From Xylographa opegraphella (taxonomy: Eukaryota), in contig JALDZX010000010.1 in NCBI GenBank assembly GCA_022813865.1, forward strand, positions 248,001 to 312,000: DNA of 64,000 nucleotides, written 5' to 3'. A program made the position numbers and the translations under genes. Within the stretch, counting starts at the first letter, position 1. The number at the start of each line of letters is the position of its first letter. Under the pieces are notes generated by a model. The model saw only the letters and a program-made list of their open reading frames with translations, was not told the origin of the DNA and searched no databases. This document shows, in pieces, positions 1 through 12,703 of this stretch.

Positions 1-951
1 CTCTTGCAACATTCTGCCGCTATGCTTCGCCATGCTAGCCTTTTTCTGTTATCGTCTCTGCGAGAGCAGCATCAGACGATCTGTCTCCTCGAATTTAGAA
101 GTTGCAACCCGTCCTCGTCGATGTGCTTCCGTTGCATCGTAACCCCACTGCTTGGAGCCGAACCCTTTCTGCATTTAACAAGGATATTCTAAAGTGCCAC
201 CATGATTGAGGGACTCGAGAGCACATCATTGAGCAGCAACGTCATACTCGTAGGGAATGAAGAAGCACCGATGGGGGGTTATAATATGAAAGGAATACCG
301 ATTGAATTGCCGCGGAGACCACTACGATCAGAACTAAGGACAAAGTCCAACTCCAACCACAATTGTGAATTCGTTGTACAGAGGCGACAATTAAGAACAC
401 AACCAACGTGAAATTCGCGCCGGGTCTTCAAATCCGACACGACGAGACTGACATTAGGCCATGCAGCTGCATGGATGTGGAATTGTAATGATTTTAGATG
501 ACTCTTCCCTGGACCATAATCTTATCTCCGTTGTATCTAAGTGGGAGGTTTGGTAGCACCAACACTTCACTCTGCACCCACCATTCGGAAATCTACCAAA
601 GACTCCTTTGATCAAACAATGGCCCACGAACTTGAAGCTCCTTGCGACCCCAAACGTGTGGTATAGCTTCACACTTCCTTCACACCTCAGTAACAGGAGC
701 CATTGATGCTACTTGGAGTCATAGGGCTGTTCCAGCTGCTTAGTTCAATCTTCCAACCATCGGACTGGTCGTCATCGATAGAAGCATAGAATCGCAATGG
801 CATCGACTACTTCAGAAGTGTCCTACTCGCTAGCTGTCACCGTCTAACCGGACTGATACATAGCTTCAGTAATCTGTGAGAAAAGTGCCAGCTTTACTCA
901 ATGCTTGTGCGAAGTATGCCATGCAGTCTGTCACCCCTGGGGAAGACGATC

Positions 952-1965
952 CTATAAGAAACTCATCTGCTCCTTGCTCCAGTCAGAAGAATCGCTAGAT
1001 GAGCCTTGTAAACAACCACTTTTCTCTGAATTGGGCGACGCAGTGACAATTAGTGGTGGCGTGAAGATGGTGGTACCAGACGATGAAGTCCGCCGGAGAC
1101 GAGGCATTCTAGGAAGCGACCCATGACGTTCGGTAGAGCTAATCACGCGAGAGTTGACGGGCAAATGCGAAGCATTATTTTTAGACATGGGCGCAAGTGA
1201 GCCATGGTTTGGTGTGACTGCAAGTACAGGTGAGGTTAGTGATATGCGAGGGCCAACTATAGGACCGGCGCTGTTCTGGAGACCTCTGTACTGCCGAGCT
1301 GTTTTAGTCGGGCGGAAATTTCCTTCGCGGTCGGTGGAAAGCCGTAGATCTGATGCGATAGCGTGGTCATTCATACCTAGCGTCTTAGTGACCATCGGAT
1401 TTTGTGATACCTCCTGGTAGGATCGCTTCAGACACCGGAGTTGATGACGACTGACTGATCTGTCTATACTCTCCAATTTCGGGATAGTTTCATCCTTATG
1501 GGCTTGATCAATTGTCGGAGGTGATTCGAACTGTAGTAATGGCTGTGGCGTATCTCTAGTGTTAGAACTACCTGATTTGTGTTCTGGTAGATCGTAGGGG
1601 GTTACGTCGGACGAACGGAGCACTTTCGTAACGTTTCTCGACGTGACCAACAGTTCCATCGATCCGCGACCAGATACGGATTTCTGATGAGACGAGGATT
1701 CTGAGAGAAGGCCTCGCCTCCTTGATCTCAGATGATCTTGCGATTGGCTCAAAGCCGCTGGAACATCGCAAGCTTTGTCTCCATAATGGCGTGGCCAGAA
1801 TCTATGACTGATTGGATCCTGTCCCTCATATGCATAGATCTGAGTACGCGATCGACGTCGATCCCGGCGTGTTGCGCTGTATTTAGAGGCTGATGGGATA
1901 TTACTGTGTTCTGCCATTCCTACGTTGTTCCTAGACAGAACATCTCTTAATGAAAGTGTTAACAC
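952..1965 (-). CDS. Hypothetical Ser/Arg/Pro-rich, probably disordered protein; may be one exon of a larger gene
   Basis: 337-codon ORF with no recognisable domain. It begins at GTG right after a CTAG (possible acceptor), so the 5' structure is unresolved. Confidence 0.35.
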   Translation of the reverse strand: MLTLSLRDVLSRNNVGMAEHSNIPSASKYSATRRDRRRSRTQIYAYEGQDPISHRFWPRHYGDKACDVPAALSQSQDHLRSRRRGLLSESSSHQKSVSGRGSMELLVTSRNVTKVLRSSDVTPYDLPEHKSGSSNTRDTPQPLLQFESPPTIDQAHKDETIPKLESIDRSVSRHQLRCLKRSYQEVSQNPMVTKTLGMNDHAIASDLRLSTDREGNFRPTKTARQYRGLQNSAGPIVGPRISLTSPVLAVTPNHGSLAPMSKNNASHLPVNSRVISSTERHGSLPRMPRLRRTSSSGTTIFTPPLIVTASPNSEKSGCLQGSSSDSSDWSKEQMSFL

Positions 1966-2900
1966 CTAGCGATAATTCTAGGAGCCAGAGAAGTTTTGCG
2001 TTTTGATGATTATTTGCTATAGAACATAAACAGTAGGAGTCGTGATGTGCGGAGGAGACTGCCTGTGTGTTCGTTTGTGCAAGACCTTGCTGTCTTGATA
2101 CCGACTGTCGGATACAATCTCAAGTTGTATAGCTGTTGGCAACTCCTGCGGAAGAACGTGGACCGAGCGACTTAAAACTAGAGTGCAATGTCAATGACCC
2201 GTGTCTTCTAGGTGGTTGGAAGTTGGAGAACCGACATCGAGAACTTCACATCGTTCGGCGCACATATAGGTATGGCTGATCAAGCACATGCGGTGAACAT
2301 TTGGGATAGAGAGGACAATATGGTGGTGGTTGTCCACTTGAAGGCTCGCAAATGCTTGCAGAAGGAGCGACCACTAATTATTGAACATCGAGCTTCTCAC
2401 TGGATTTGAAGGATGACACAGGTCATCAGGTACCTTTCCGGAGCCTGATCTGGGAGTAATGTTGGCGTATCATCGCTCGACTTGGTATAACAAAATCATT
2501 TGTCAAGTGTCGCCACTTTGTCTCATAAGCGGTTGGACGTGACCATTAGCTATACAACAAAAGCGGTAGTATGGCCACCGTGCCACTTCAAGCTCGAGAG
2601 GCAAGATATATGGTTGTGATACATCGGTGGAAAGCGGATCGCTGCTGTGCTACCATCAATCTATTTGAATTGATGCTTACCGCTTCGAAGCAGTTGCACT
2701 ATCCGGCGAAGCTCGGCTTTTCTTAAATATTTGTTGAGATCTTGACATTTCGTGGATCTTGACCGATCGCATCCGATCCGAAGAATGATGCAAGACTTAC
2801 AAGTCTCATGTTTGGGAGGAAAGGACTTGTTTTGACACATATCGTCACTGTAGTGATAAATCCGACCCAGCAGTTCTTAGGGTGTCTAATGCTTCTCTCA

Positions 2901-3868
2901 TCATCTGTAAGCAGTCTTGAAAATGTTGTCGGCATCAAACTCTTGCTTGAATACTTCGTAGTCAGATCGCTGCCCTAGATTGGGACTGGTACTAATATTT
3001 TCGATAGCAAAGACGACATTCGTGAAAGCACCTTGAAATTCGATCTCACCGAAGAGTATATCTTTCCACATAATGGCGAGTTGTTGGACAGGATTACGGA
3101 AGACTGGACCAGATCCGAAGGCCCCAACACAAAGATTTTGGTGACGCCACGCAACCGCGATCCTTAGGACCGTTCTGATATTTTCTTTCATGAGTCCTTT
3201 CTCTTCACCAAACGAATAGTCCTTGCCGGAGTCATCCAGCTTTGGGCGTCGAATGGGGGCAACAGAAATGACAGGGAGGACCTTGAACTGTTGCCACAAT
3301 GCATACCCTCTATCAGGCCCTGACCGAAACACAACTGTACACGAGTCAGCAACCTCAGACTCCATAAATCCCATAGTCCAATTTTACACTGACCAACATA
3401 AGGTGAATATATACCACCCGTGGTGGGTATTGGATAGTTCGAGCTTCCTATTGCACCTGTCCAAGTCGAACTGAGACAATGAACAAGATTGCTCCTCCTA
3501 CACATGTTTTCTTCGGGTGCCAAGACGCCAGACTCCCAATCTCCCCCTGGACGCTTCTCGTTCGCCATGTTGACTACTGGTATTGGCATTTCTTCCTGTC
3601 CCTGATGAGAGGATACACCTTCTTTCGGGCACGTGCTCCTATCATACTCATGCCAGTCCAAAGCAACATCGATTGGGTCACCATTTATGACAGCGACTCG
3701 AAGTCTTCTTTGTGGCGAGCTCTTGCCAGGCGAAATCCGCATTAAACTGGAGTCAAGATGTAGGAATGACTTGGATGGATATTGCGGATAATGATGTTCA
3801 ATATAGGGAATATAGGTCCGTTTTGCTTCGGCCGCAATTTCGGAGGGCTTTGGCTTCAAGGGGGGCAT
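2901..3868 (-). CDS. TIGR02452/DUF2263-type microbial PARG-like macrodomain protein, 2 exons
   Basis: Motifs VVNMANEKRPGGDW..G..APEENMCRRSNL, GGIYSP.V.VFR, VISVAP, LCVGAFGSG.FRNP, F.NVVFAI. Intron 3393..3335 (GTCAGT..GCTGAC..CAG) joins the two listed ORFs in frame. Confidence 0.85.
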
Positions 3869-5125
3869 GACAGACGTTCAATCACTCAGAGCAACCAACA
3901 AGGATATATGACCGTAAGTCAAGGCCGCAAGCTGCCGTGTACAGAATATGCCATAAGAAACACGGATGACAGGCTTAAAGAGTAGTGGCCGCGAACTGCG
4001 GACAAAGACAACGCAGAATACGCAGCACTTGGACGACAGAGGCGAAAGAAGGTCATTGTATCGCAGAATTTGTCCGCGAATCAATGACTTGTGCGGCCGA
4101 CTAACATGAGCATGATGAACTGTCCTTTCGCAGCGGAGATGAACGGGATGGTGGAAATTTCATTTAGGCAGTCCACCTGGGTGGGAACGAGGCCGGGAAA
4201 GATCCGCCATTTTACCAATCATCACGGCTGTATACGGGCTTAGGGCAAGAGCTTACCCTCGATTCGTTGACAGCATCAGCACGTCGTGGGATCGCGCAGG
4301 CACGGCGCGATGTGATTCGAGAGCCTGACGAGGAAGGTCTGGAAGGTTGCGACTTGCGATCAGCCCGCGGCATCGGATCCCTGGATCATGCAAGATTCGA
4401 GATCTGTCCGATGGTGGATCTCCCTCTGTTCTCGTAGTGGTGCGAAGGCTAGCACTAGGATGGTTTAGTAGGACTAAGGTCCCTGGTATAGCTGGAGCCC
4501 GTAAGGGCGAAAGATATGACCTCGATGGGAGGAGTCGAATGTGTGGCGGAACAGCTGCCCCTGGCACGAAGCACTTGCGCAGCAGCTACCAACCGGCGGT
4601 GAATCGCAGGAACGCCAATCATGTAGGAGCAGAGGCAGTTGGAGTATGGTGAGTCCGGTGACTAGTGACTGGCGACTGAAGGTGTAATGGATAGAAGAAA
4701 CATCAAGGAAACCGGCGTTCTCCACTAACTAAGGCTTCAGGAGAGCTCCCTAGCCTCCACTAAGCCATCTGCTCAAGAGATACATCCAACCTCCAGAAAT
4801 ACTTCGAGCACTTTGACCGCAATGTGGCGTCCGCCTTGTGCATGGAGCTTGTAGGGAAGTGGACGGAGACCGAAATGCACTGTGCGTGCAGACTGATGCG
4901 ACGTATCACTAGTATCCTCTCATCTATCCTGATCATCATGGATGAATTAAGCCTCCATTCGTGATGCACATTTGTGTACCGAGATCTGCATTTAGCGAGC
5001 GGGACAATGCTTGCAACCCTGCACGGCCTTTTGTCACCAACCCGCATGTGCCTACGGAGCTTCCATTTGGAATCTACTATTCCGTCCTGACATCGCTGCT
5101 TGAAACGCCTGCTTTGCGTTCAAGG

Positions 5126-6875
5126 ATGATATGGCGCATTCCGCGCCACTCATATCGTCGCCCAGCGCTTCTATCCGCAAGGCGTCCCTCAACGCGACGC
5201 GGCCTTTCGTCGTCCATCATCTCAGATCTCAATGTTGCAAATATACTGGCACTTCCGCCACTGAGTGACGATCAAACGCCTCGAACAATTGTTGTGACGG
5301 GACACGTACGAACCATCAGAAATCAAAAACGTCACTCCTTTGTAGAAATTGGTGATGGCTCAACGATTCGCTCCCTCCAGGCACTCCTCGACCCTGCCCA
5401 AGCTATCAGGTGAGGTTGCGTCTATACATTGGCTTATGTTCGGCGATGAGACTGATCAGTTATGCATGGAAGTCTTGGCACAGGCACTGCGGTCACAATA
5501 TCAGGGTTATGGAGAAGATCGCCCCAGGGCAAAGAGCAATCACATGAACTTCATGCAAAGGATGTGACCATTGTTGGGGCAACAGATCCAGAGGTCAGTC
5601 TCCAGCACTCTACCACACTGCGGAACTCCCTTTGTCGTGTGCTAACTAAATCGGTTTCCTGAGCAGTCATACCCTATACAGAAGAAATACCACAGTGCCG
5701 AATATCTCCGCTCTATCCCTCATCTCAGGCTCCGAACTCCCTTCCATGCTCTGCTGGCACGATTGAGGTCAGACTGCGAGTTTTATGTCTCAGCCTTCTT
5801 TCGAGCCAATCAATACATCCGACTGCAGCCTCCCGTCATCACGTCTTCGGATTGTGAAGGTGCAGGAGAAGTGTTTACATTGCGTCCAAAGGCAGGGAAA
5901 ATAGCGCTCCCGAGTGATTCAGCAAGCGGAACGGATGAGTTCTTCCGAGATCCTAAATATCTCACAGTATCCTCACAGCTGCATCTCGAAGCTTTCGTAC
6001 ATGAGCATCAAAAAGTATGGGCACTATCGCCGACCTTTCGTGCAGAAAAGAGCGATACTCCACGTCACTTGAGCGAGTTTTACATGCTGGAGGCAGAGCT
6101 CAGAACCGAATGTGCAGAGGCCGTCATGGATTTAGTCGAGGATCTGATCCGTGACGTTGCTGTCAAGGTACAGAATTCGGATGTTGGCAAAGAGCTTCTT
6201 ACTGTGAGACACACCATGGAAGTGGGTAGTGGGAACGAGATGTCGTCTCGCTCCGAAGGCATGATACGACGCTGGAGTGGATTGAAGAGAAAGTTCTGGC
6301 CGCGAATCACATACACGGAAGCCATCAAGCTCCTGGAATCTGCTGCCAACGATCCGCAAATCACCTTTCACTACCAACCACGCTGGCAATCGGGCCTCCA
6401 ACTGGAGCATGAGAAGTTCATCGCAGCCGAAATCGGGCAAGGAAGTCCTGTCTTTGTGACCGATTATCCTCAGAGTATCAAGCCATTCTACATGCTGCCA
6501 TCTAACGTGAAGACCATGAACACGGACGACGATCGGCCCACCGTTGCTTGCTTCGACCTATTGCTGCCCGAGGCCTGCGAAGTCGTGGGGGGCTCGCTAC
6601 GTGAACACCGGCTGAAGCCTTTACTCCGGGCAATGCAGGAGCATCGATTGCTGCCGATTGCCCGATCCGAGGACGGGACGTGCGCATTGGCGAGCCCAGA
6701 CCGATCTCCCGCGCGCTCCGACCTCGACTGGTATGTCGACCTTCGTCGATACGGCAGCGTACCCCACGGCGGATTCGGACTCGGATTCGATCGACTACTC
6801 GGTTACCTGGCTGGCGTCGACAACATCCGAGACGTCGCGCCGTGGCCACGGTACCATGGCAAATGCGAGTGCTGA
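5126..6875 (+). CDS. SLM5: Mitochondrial asparaginyl-tRNA synthetase, 3 exons
   Basis: Arg-rich presequence MIWRIPRH..., OB fold (GHVRTIRNQK..FVEIGDGS), ITSSDCEGAGE, LTVSSQLHLE, FRAEKS.TPRHLSEFYMLEAE, PHGGFGLGFDR. Introns 5410..5472 and 5594..5666. Confidence 0.92.
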
Positions 6876-9706
6876 TACCGAGTGCACATCGACGTATTGT
6901 CGTCCGTAGATCGATCGGCCTCAGGATTACGGACGGATGACATTGGTCGCACGCGTGAACGTGTACCGTGGGTCCGTTTGCACTGTGTCCGTCGAGCACC
7001 ACGATCACTCCGAGGCACAGCACCTTTCAGGTGCCTTCCTAGGACGAATGCGTAGCCTATCATGCGAGCCGTGACCCTTTTCATACCCAAACAATCTACG
7101 CCGCGCTGGAGCATCGGCGGTAGACGAGGGTGGCGCGATCGGCGTTTTGATGCTTAAAAGGGGGGGCTCGTGCTCGGCTTACCTTAGGGCCGGCTCCGTG
7201 CCTTAGGCGAGGCGGCGAGCCAGGATGGCTCATTTATGCTTATTGCTATGTTTGGGGGGCTAGTCTAGGTAATAGTGACAAGAGTGCAAAAAGCTTGTCC
7301 AAGGAATTGTCGGCCGGATGGTCAGGATACGTGCGTAGTAATTTTAGTTTTTAAGTGAGCAAGTGGAGTCTTTCTTTCCACTCTATTTCGCTCTCGTCAC
7401 CGTGCGGGACCCAAAAAGTCCACTTTTTTCCCATCCGGGACGTCAGCAGAGCAGTTTGGTCAATCCTGCCGAATCCTGCTGGGGGGCATGACCACAAACA
7501 CACCCTCGCCCCTTTCGACGACGCTGCCCTTCGCTTGCAGGCGTGGCAGCTACCGTACTTGTACCTAAGTGACCTTAGTGCTGTCGTATCGTGCATCGGT
7601 GGCCCCGGCCCGTCATCATTCCTCCAAGTACGGAGTAACATCTTTTAACTTCGTCGGCGACCTGACGCGCGGACATGCACATCACGTTCCGGGATCCCGT
7701 TCTCGTCGCCCCCCATGGATTCCGAACTCAACGGATGGGGATTATTTCTGTCCACACCCTTTCCCCCGACTGCAGCCGTGCCGTGGCCGGGGGCCTCCTC
7801 GGAGCGTCGGAGGTGACGGAGGCTTGGGAGGGGGAGGGGGGGATTCTGGAGCAGTGGGCACCGCATCGATCGCAACCTTCCGACCGGGCCTCGATGGTCC
7901 ATGGGGAGAACAGATCTCGACGGCGACCAGTAATTGGGGGGTAGGGTCTCCGCCATCGAGCCTGGGATGAACCACGGATGGACTCCACGCAGCGTGATTG
8001 CTGCTCGGTAACGGGCGAATCTCACTGGACCTAGGCCTTTTTCTAGCTTCTGGTGGCGTTTATACGCTTAAATTGACACGGCCACCAAAGAGTGGCCGAC
8101 TCCGGGCTCTGGGCCAGGTCCAGCGTCCAGTATACGAAGTTGGGTACCTACCTCAGATACTCTCCCTCGACTCTTCTCAATCACGCGACATGTGCCTCAG
8201 CTGACTGTTCGTCGATGCTGCCTAGATGCGGACGAGTGACTCCTCCCGTACAAAGTGTATTGGTCGGCATCACGGAAATATGGAAGGATGCAGAAGGGTG
8301 CCTGGGCCCGTACTTTCCTGTTTCATTGCGTCGTACGGTCGGGATGTCATCAGATGGCTCAAACAAACATTCGGCGGACGTTACTCCACTTACTTGTAGT
8401 CAGCCATCATCAAGCTGTGCTTGGCATGAAGCCGCTCTTGTGTACCGTGGACGCCGTGGACTAGACTACCTTACCTTAATATTCTACTGTGGACCGTGTA
8501 CCGAATGAGGGGACGGAGGACGGTGCTCGGGTATGTTTTTGACCCAACCATGCATTTTTACTGGGTCTTCAATAATGAGTCAAGTGCGATCCACGAAAAG
8601 CCCCACAACATCGCACTGTCCCCATGAAAGTATGGTAAGATGCCTAGGTGGTCCTCTGCGACTACTCCACCGATGCCTAGAGATCCCGATCATGGAACCT
8701 TGACCGTCCAAACCAAGTCTCAAGAATTCGCAGGGACAACAGTAGATAGCAAGTACGCGCTCTTCTCGCTGTACGGTGTATGCTATTCTTACTGCTGAGC
8801 TGACATCCGTCGTCCCTGTTCCGCAACACAGCAATGGGGATTTGTGCAACAGACGCAAAGCTGTCCCCAAACAATCGAGATACATGCGCCTTGTGCTAGT
8901 GAGATCCGATTTCTCGTGGCCGCGTGAGGATCGCGGAACCCAGAGCCTGGACGCCGGATAGATGTTGGTCGACTAGCTTCGACGACTAATAATGAAGCTG
9001 CTGAATGCACAATAATGTAGGGAAATCGGTAGACGCTGGAGCCAAACTCGGGTCCCTCGATCTTATCATATCGATCTTTCGACCAGACTGTAACTCTACC
9101 TTGACACCCTACACAGTAGCATTTTATTATTGAGACGGAGTGGGGAGGCTACCTGAAGCTACCGTATACCTCAGCTGGCGTTGGGGGAGGGGCAGAGAAG
9201 CTAAGCAATAGGGTGGTGATGTCTGCATTAATTAGCATCCTCCGTCGTCATCCCCAATCAATTCACCCAGCATCCGTCCACCGAAAGTACCTACCTAATC
9301 TAGGCTGTGCGGTACCGTACGAACGATTAAGCTTGCTGTGATCCAAATTGTCACTTCCTCAAACACATCTTCTAACCTCCAACTTCCTTCGGCCGCTGTT
9401 GCGACGTTCGAGAACAGCGCCAGAAACTTGTTGTTTTCCTAACCCCCCCCTCCCCTCCCCCCAAACAAAACGCCTTACGCACCATCGATAACTCTAACAC
9501 GTCAGGGCGCAGTTTTACCTATCGTTGTAACGGCTTCTCGCAACACCAACGACCGACCGACTCCCCAGTCAGTCAGCCATTCAGGAAGAGACCGTTGCCT
9601 CCCCGTCTCCCCATATCATCAATGTCAGATCCGTGCACAGATCCCTAATGGTTAATTCGTCTTTAATTCACGTCGATCCGCTGCACTAGTTGATCTCCCC
9701 CTCTAG

Positions 9707-9863
9707 GTATGTTTCTCTTGATTTCTGAGAAAAGCGTGATTGTTTCGAAGCAGTGGACGCTGAACATCGGCTTTCATACGGGCATTCTTCCGTCCCCTGC
9801 TTCCGTTTTTCGCATCGTCTGTGCGCGAGTTCAGAAGTTCAAGTACTAATCTACGACATCCAG
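9707..9863 (+). other. Probable 5'-UTR intron of the Pac2-like gene
   Basis: AG|GTATGT donor, TACTAAT branch at about 9844, CAG acceptor at 9863, about 150 nt upstream of the ATG at 10011. Confidence 0.6.
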
Positions 9864-10010
9864 TGATTCTTTCTTTTCACATCGATTGAGCTGAGCTCTC
9901 CAACCTTTGTGCCTGACTTCATATCCTGCTTGCCATTCAATACACACCCACTCACACACATTCGTTGGCCTGCGGCCGTTATAATTTCTTTGACGGGGTA
10001 CGATACGTAC

Positions 10011-11459
10011 ATGATGGAGACCTACAACGGCCACGTCCGGACGCCGGCAGATGCCATTATTCTCTTCGAGGCATGTCGTCTCGGTCTGCTGCCGCGGGTC
10101 CAGCGCAGACTGTCCGAGAAGGAGCGCCAATCGATCAAGTCTGGCTCGGTGTTTGTCTGGGATGAACGAGAAGCTGGCATGAGGAGATGGACGGATGGCA
10201 AGTCGTGGAGTGCGAGTCGAGTCTCCGGCAGCTTCTTGACGTATCGGGAGATGGAAGGGAAACGGGGGGGGAATGGATTCGCTCCGCCCATCGCAGCAGT
10301 CCGCGCGGCCAAGACTCCGGAGAGCACACGAGGCAGTGACTCGGATCTGGAACTGGCGGGGGAGGATGGACCGGACGGCTACCGTTACAAGCCCGACGGC
10401 TTGATGAAGCAGTCCTTTAGCATCACCACCTCAACCGGGAATCACCTACATTTGATCAGTTATTATGCTCGATCGCATCCAACCGCCCAGGGTCTAAATC
10501 AGCCAACCAATGACCCAGCTCTACGGCATATACGACCACAGAAAGGTATGTATCCCGAGTCGACGGTACACGAGCAGCAAAACATCCCCGCCGTGACCCG
10601 GTCGCCCATGGTCAGTGGTCCTCTTGCGCAACTGCCCCAGATGGCAGGCTACGCACGCTCGGGTCCGACGCATCCCCTTGCATATTCTCAGCAACCCGGC
10701 TACGGCTGGCCATCGCCTCCTACCTCATCCATCAACAACGCATACGGGTTCCCCTACGGACAGACGACCCTGCCACCTCCTTCCTCGCAGCCTGCACCTG
10801 CACAAGGATACAGCAGCAACTCTCCGAACACATATTCGCAGACCTCAGGACCTTCGGCGCAAGCGCCGCCGCCAGCACCCTACGGCAGAAACTCCACCCC
10901 TCCTATTGATAATACTCTCCCACGTCCAGTGTCGACATCTCACCACCGAAGTACCAGTTCCGGAAGTGGATACTCTCAATATCTGCCGAGTGGACCTGCG
11001 CCAATGCAACAACCTTCTCTCATAACGCAAAACTTACCACCCCAGCCTTTGTCTCAGCACCCGTCCCGAAACAACAGCCCTTCATCCACTCCCCCAATGT
11101 CGAAGATCGATCCGCGCCTCATGGCTCCCTCGCCCCTCTCGCAGCATCAGAATCTTTCCGGTGGATCGGTCCTGCGCACCCCTTCACCACCTCAGCCGAA
11201 GCGAGAATACTCCAGCACGCCTACCCGGAAGGACCCAAGTGTTTCTCAAGCAAACACCATCCCAAGCATCGGCTCGTTAATGGAGGGGGCTTCCACCGAT
11301 AGCCTGGACGCTCGGAGTGACCGAAGCGGACGATCTCACAGCAGAAGTCCCGGAGGCACGAAGAAAGAAGGACCTCAAGATATCCCAAGCGAGAAGCTCG
11401 GCTTTGGTGGCGAAGACATGAGGGCTCTGCGAGTGTTGGATCGGGCCTTTAAAACCTGA
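10011..11459 (+). CDS. pac2: Gti1/Pac2 (WOPR) family transcription factor, Pac2-like subgroup
   Basis: METYNGHVRTPADAIILFEACR..., SGSVFVWDEREAGMRRWTDGKSWSASRVSGSFLTYREME, YKPDGLMKQSFSI..HLISYY, then a Pro/Ser/Gln-rich tail. CDS has no intron. Confidence 0.92.
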   Translation: MMETYNGHVRTPADAIILFEACRLGLLPRVQRRLSEKERQSIKSGSVFVWDEREAGMRRWTDGKSWSASRVSGSFLTYREMEGKRGGNGFAPPIAAVRAAKTPESTRGSDSDLELAGEDGPDGYRYKPDGLMKQSFSITTSTGNHLHLISYYARSHPTAQGLNQPTNDPALRHIRPQKGMYPESTVHEQQNIPAVTRSPMVSGPLAQLPQMAGYARSGPTHPLAYSQQPGYGWPSPPTSSINNAYGFPYGQTTLPPPSSQPAPAQGYSSNSPNTYSQTSGPSAQAPPPAPYGRNSTPPIDNTLPRPVSTSHHRSTSSGSGYSQYLPSGPAPMQQPSLITQNLPPQPLSQHPSRNNSPSSTPPMSKIDPRLMAPSPLSQHQNLSGGSVLRTPSPPQPKREYSSTPTRKDPSVSQANTIPSIGSLMEGASTDSLDARSDRSGRSHSRSPGGTKKEGPQDIPSEKLGFGGEDMRALRVLDRAFKT

Positions 11460-12183
11460 CACGCCCACGTGCCCATGTTGCTTTGAGGGAAGGATTCTGT
11501 AGCACGGAGCAGCTGGGTTCCAGACATACTTCTCGAGGCACCGGCGAGTGTCTGGCGATATTGGGTCGGCAACAGCTGGACAAACGGCTGACAGAATCCG
11601 GCATCTCGGCATTCATGGCGCATGACGAACGCTCGAGCTTATTTACGAAACGACAGCACAAGAGCAAGTGCCTGCTTGCTTTTTTACAAAGACGCGAGAG
11701 GCTTAATTCACGACACCAACAGCGGTAATGTAAGCTAATTAGAGACCACACCCCCCGCCCTTTTTCGACGCCCCGCAGTTGCCCTACGAGCGTTAGAGCT
11801 TTGGCAAACCCTCCCCCTACCTATTCTACCTTGGACGGTGGAATCATAATTCACACACATATGAGCTATTCCTGTGCTTCTTGTGGTGATTGTGGTGATT
11901 GTGCGGTGTATGAATTCTGGGTAGCAGAGAGTTTTTCCCCCGTGAAGTGCCAACGCCTGTGAATGCCTACGACGCCAGACCGTATGCCCGAATCACATAT
12001 CTGCATCATCCTCGTCGATCCTACATCCTCCCCTGTGTGCTTCAAATCCTGCTTTGTATATCAACACGCCGCCACATCCCTTCCACTGCATTGCCTCCTT
12101 TGTATATCAACATCCCGCCCCCGCTACCACACCACTCAACCACATCCCCTCCCTCCCTCCCTCCCCATCACCACCACCACCGC

Positions 12184-12554
12184 TCACCTTCCCCCCGCCG
12201 GCCCCATCCCCTCCGGCAACGGCCTCGCCCCCTCAGCCGCCAGTTTCTCCAGCGTCTGCTTACGCTTCGCCTCCATCACGCGGCGCTGCTTGAAATACGT
12301 CACCTACAAAAACCACGTACCGTCAGCCTCCCCCCCATGCCCCACACAGCAGCGCACACGAGAACTCACCCAGCTGCTCGCACAGTCCCGGCGCAGGTCC
12401 CGCTCCTCGCCGCCGCAGTGCTGCGCCGCTTCGGTCGCGTGCCCGATGCTGTCTGTTATGTGGTATGTGTCGAGGCAGGCGAAGAAGGCGTCGCGGGCGC
12501 TCCAGCAGATGGAGCGGGCATGGCGGTTTGGGGGGGGGGGAGGGGGTATGGGAG
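12184..12554 (-). CDS. COA6: Cytochrome c oxidase assembly factor COA6 (COX6B-like); 5' end lost in the N gap
   Basis: Minus-strand translation PNRHARSICWSARDAFFACLDTYHITDSIGHATEAAQHCGGEERDLRRDCASSW|VTYFKQRRVMEAKRKQTLEKLAAEGA.. with CX9C and CX10C motifs. Intron 12369..12304 (GTGAGT..GCTGAC..TAG). This frame is not in the ORF track. Confidence 0.85.
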
Positions 12555-12638
12555 NNNNNNNNNNNNNNNNNNNNNNNNNNNNNNNNNNNNNNNNNNNNNN
12601 NNNNNNNNNNNNNNNNNNNNNNNNNNNNNNNNNNNNNN
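12555..12638. other. Assembly gap (84 N)
   Basis: Run of N flanked by poly-G on the left and a tandem repeat on the right. Confidence 0.99.
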
Positions 12639-12703
12639 AAATACAAATGCAAATACAAATGCAAATACAAATGCAAATACAAATGCAAATACAAATGCAA
12701 ATG
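12639..12703 (+). repeat. Perfect tandem repeat (AAATACAAATGC)x5+
   Basis: Five exact 12-mers plus a partial unit, abutting the gap, so the true copy number is unknown. Confidence 0.95.

Noticed and set aside
4110..4140. C-box-like ATGATGA (snoRNA)
   Set aside because: No D box at a suitable distance and no terminal stem.
7569..8025. Cluster of Pro/Gly-rich short ORFs
   Set aside because: GC-rich low-complexity sequence with no domain or coherent splice model.
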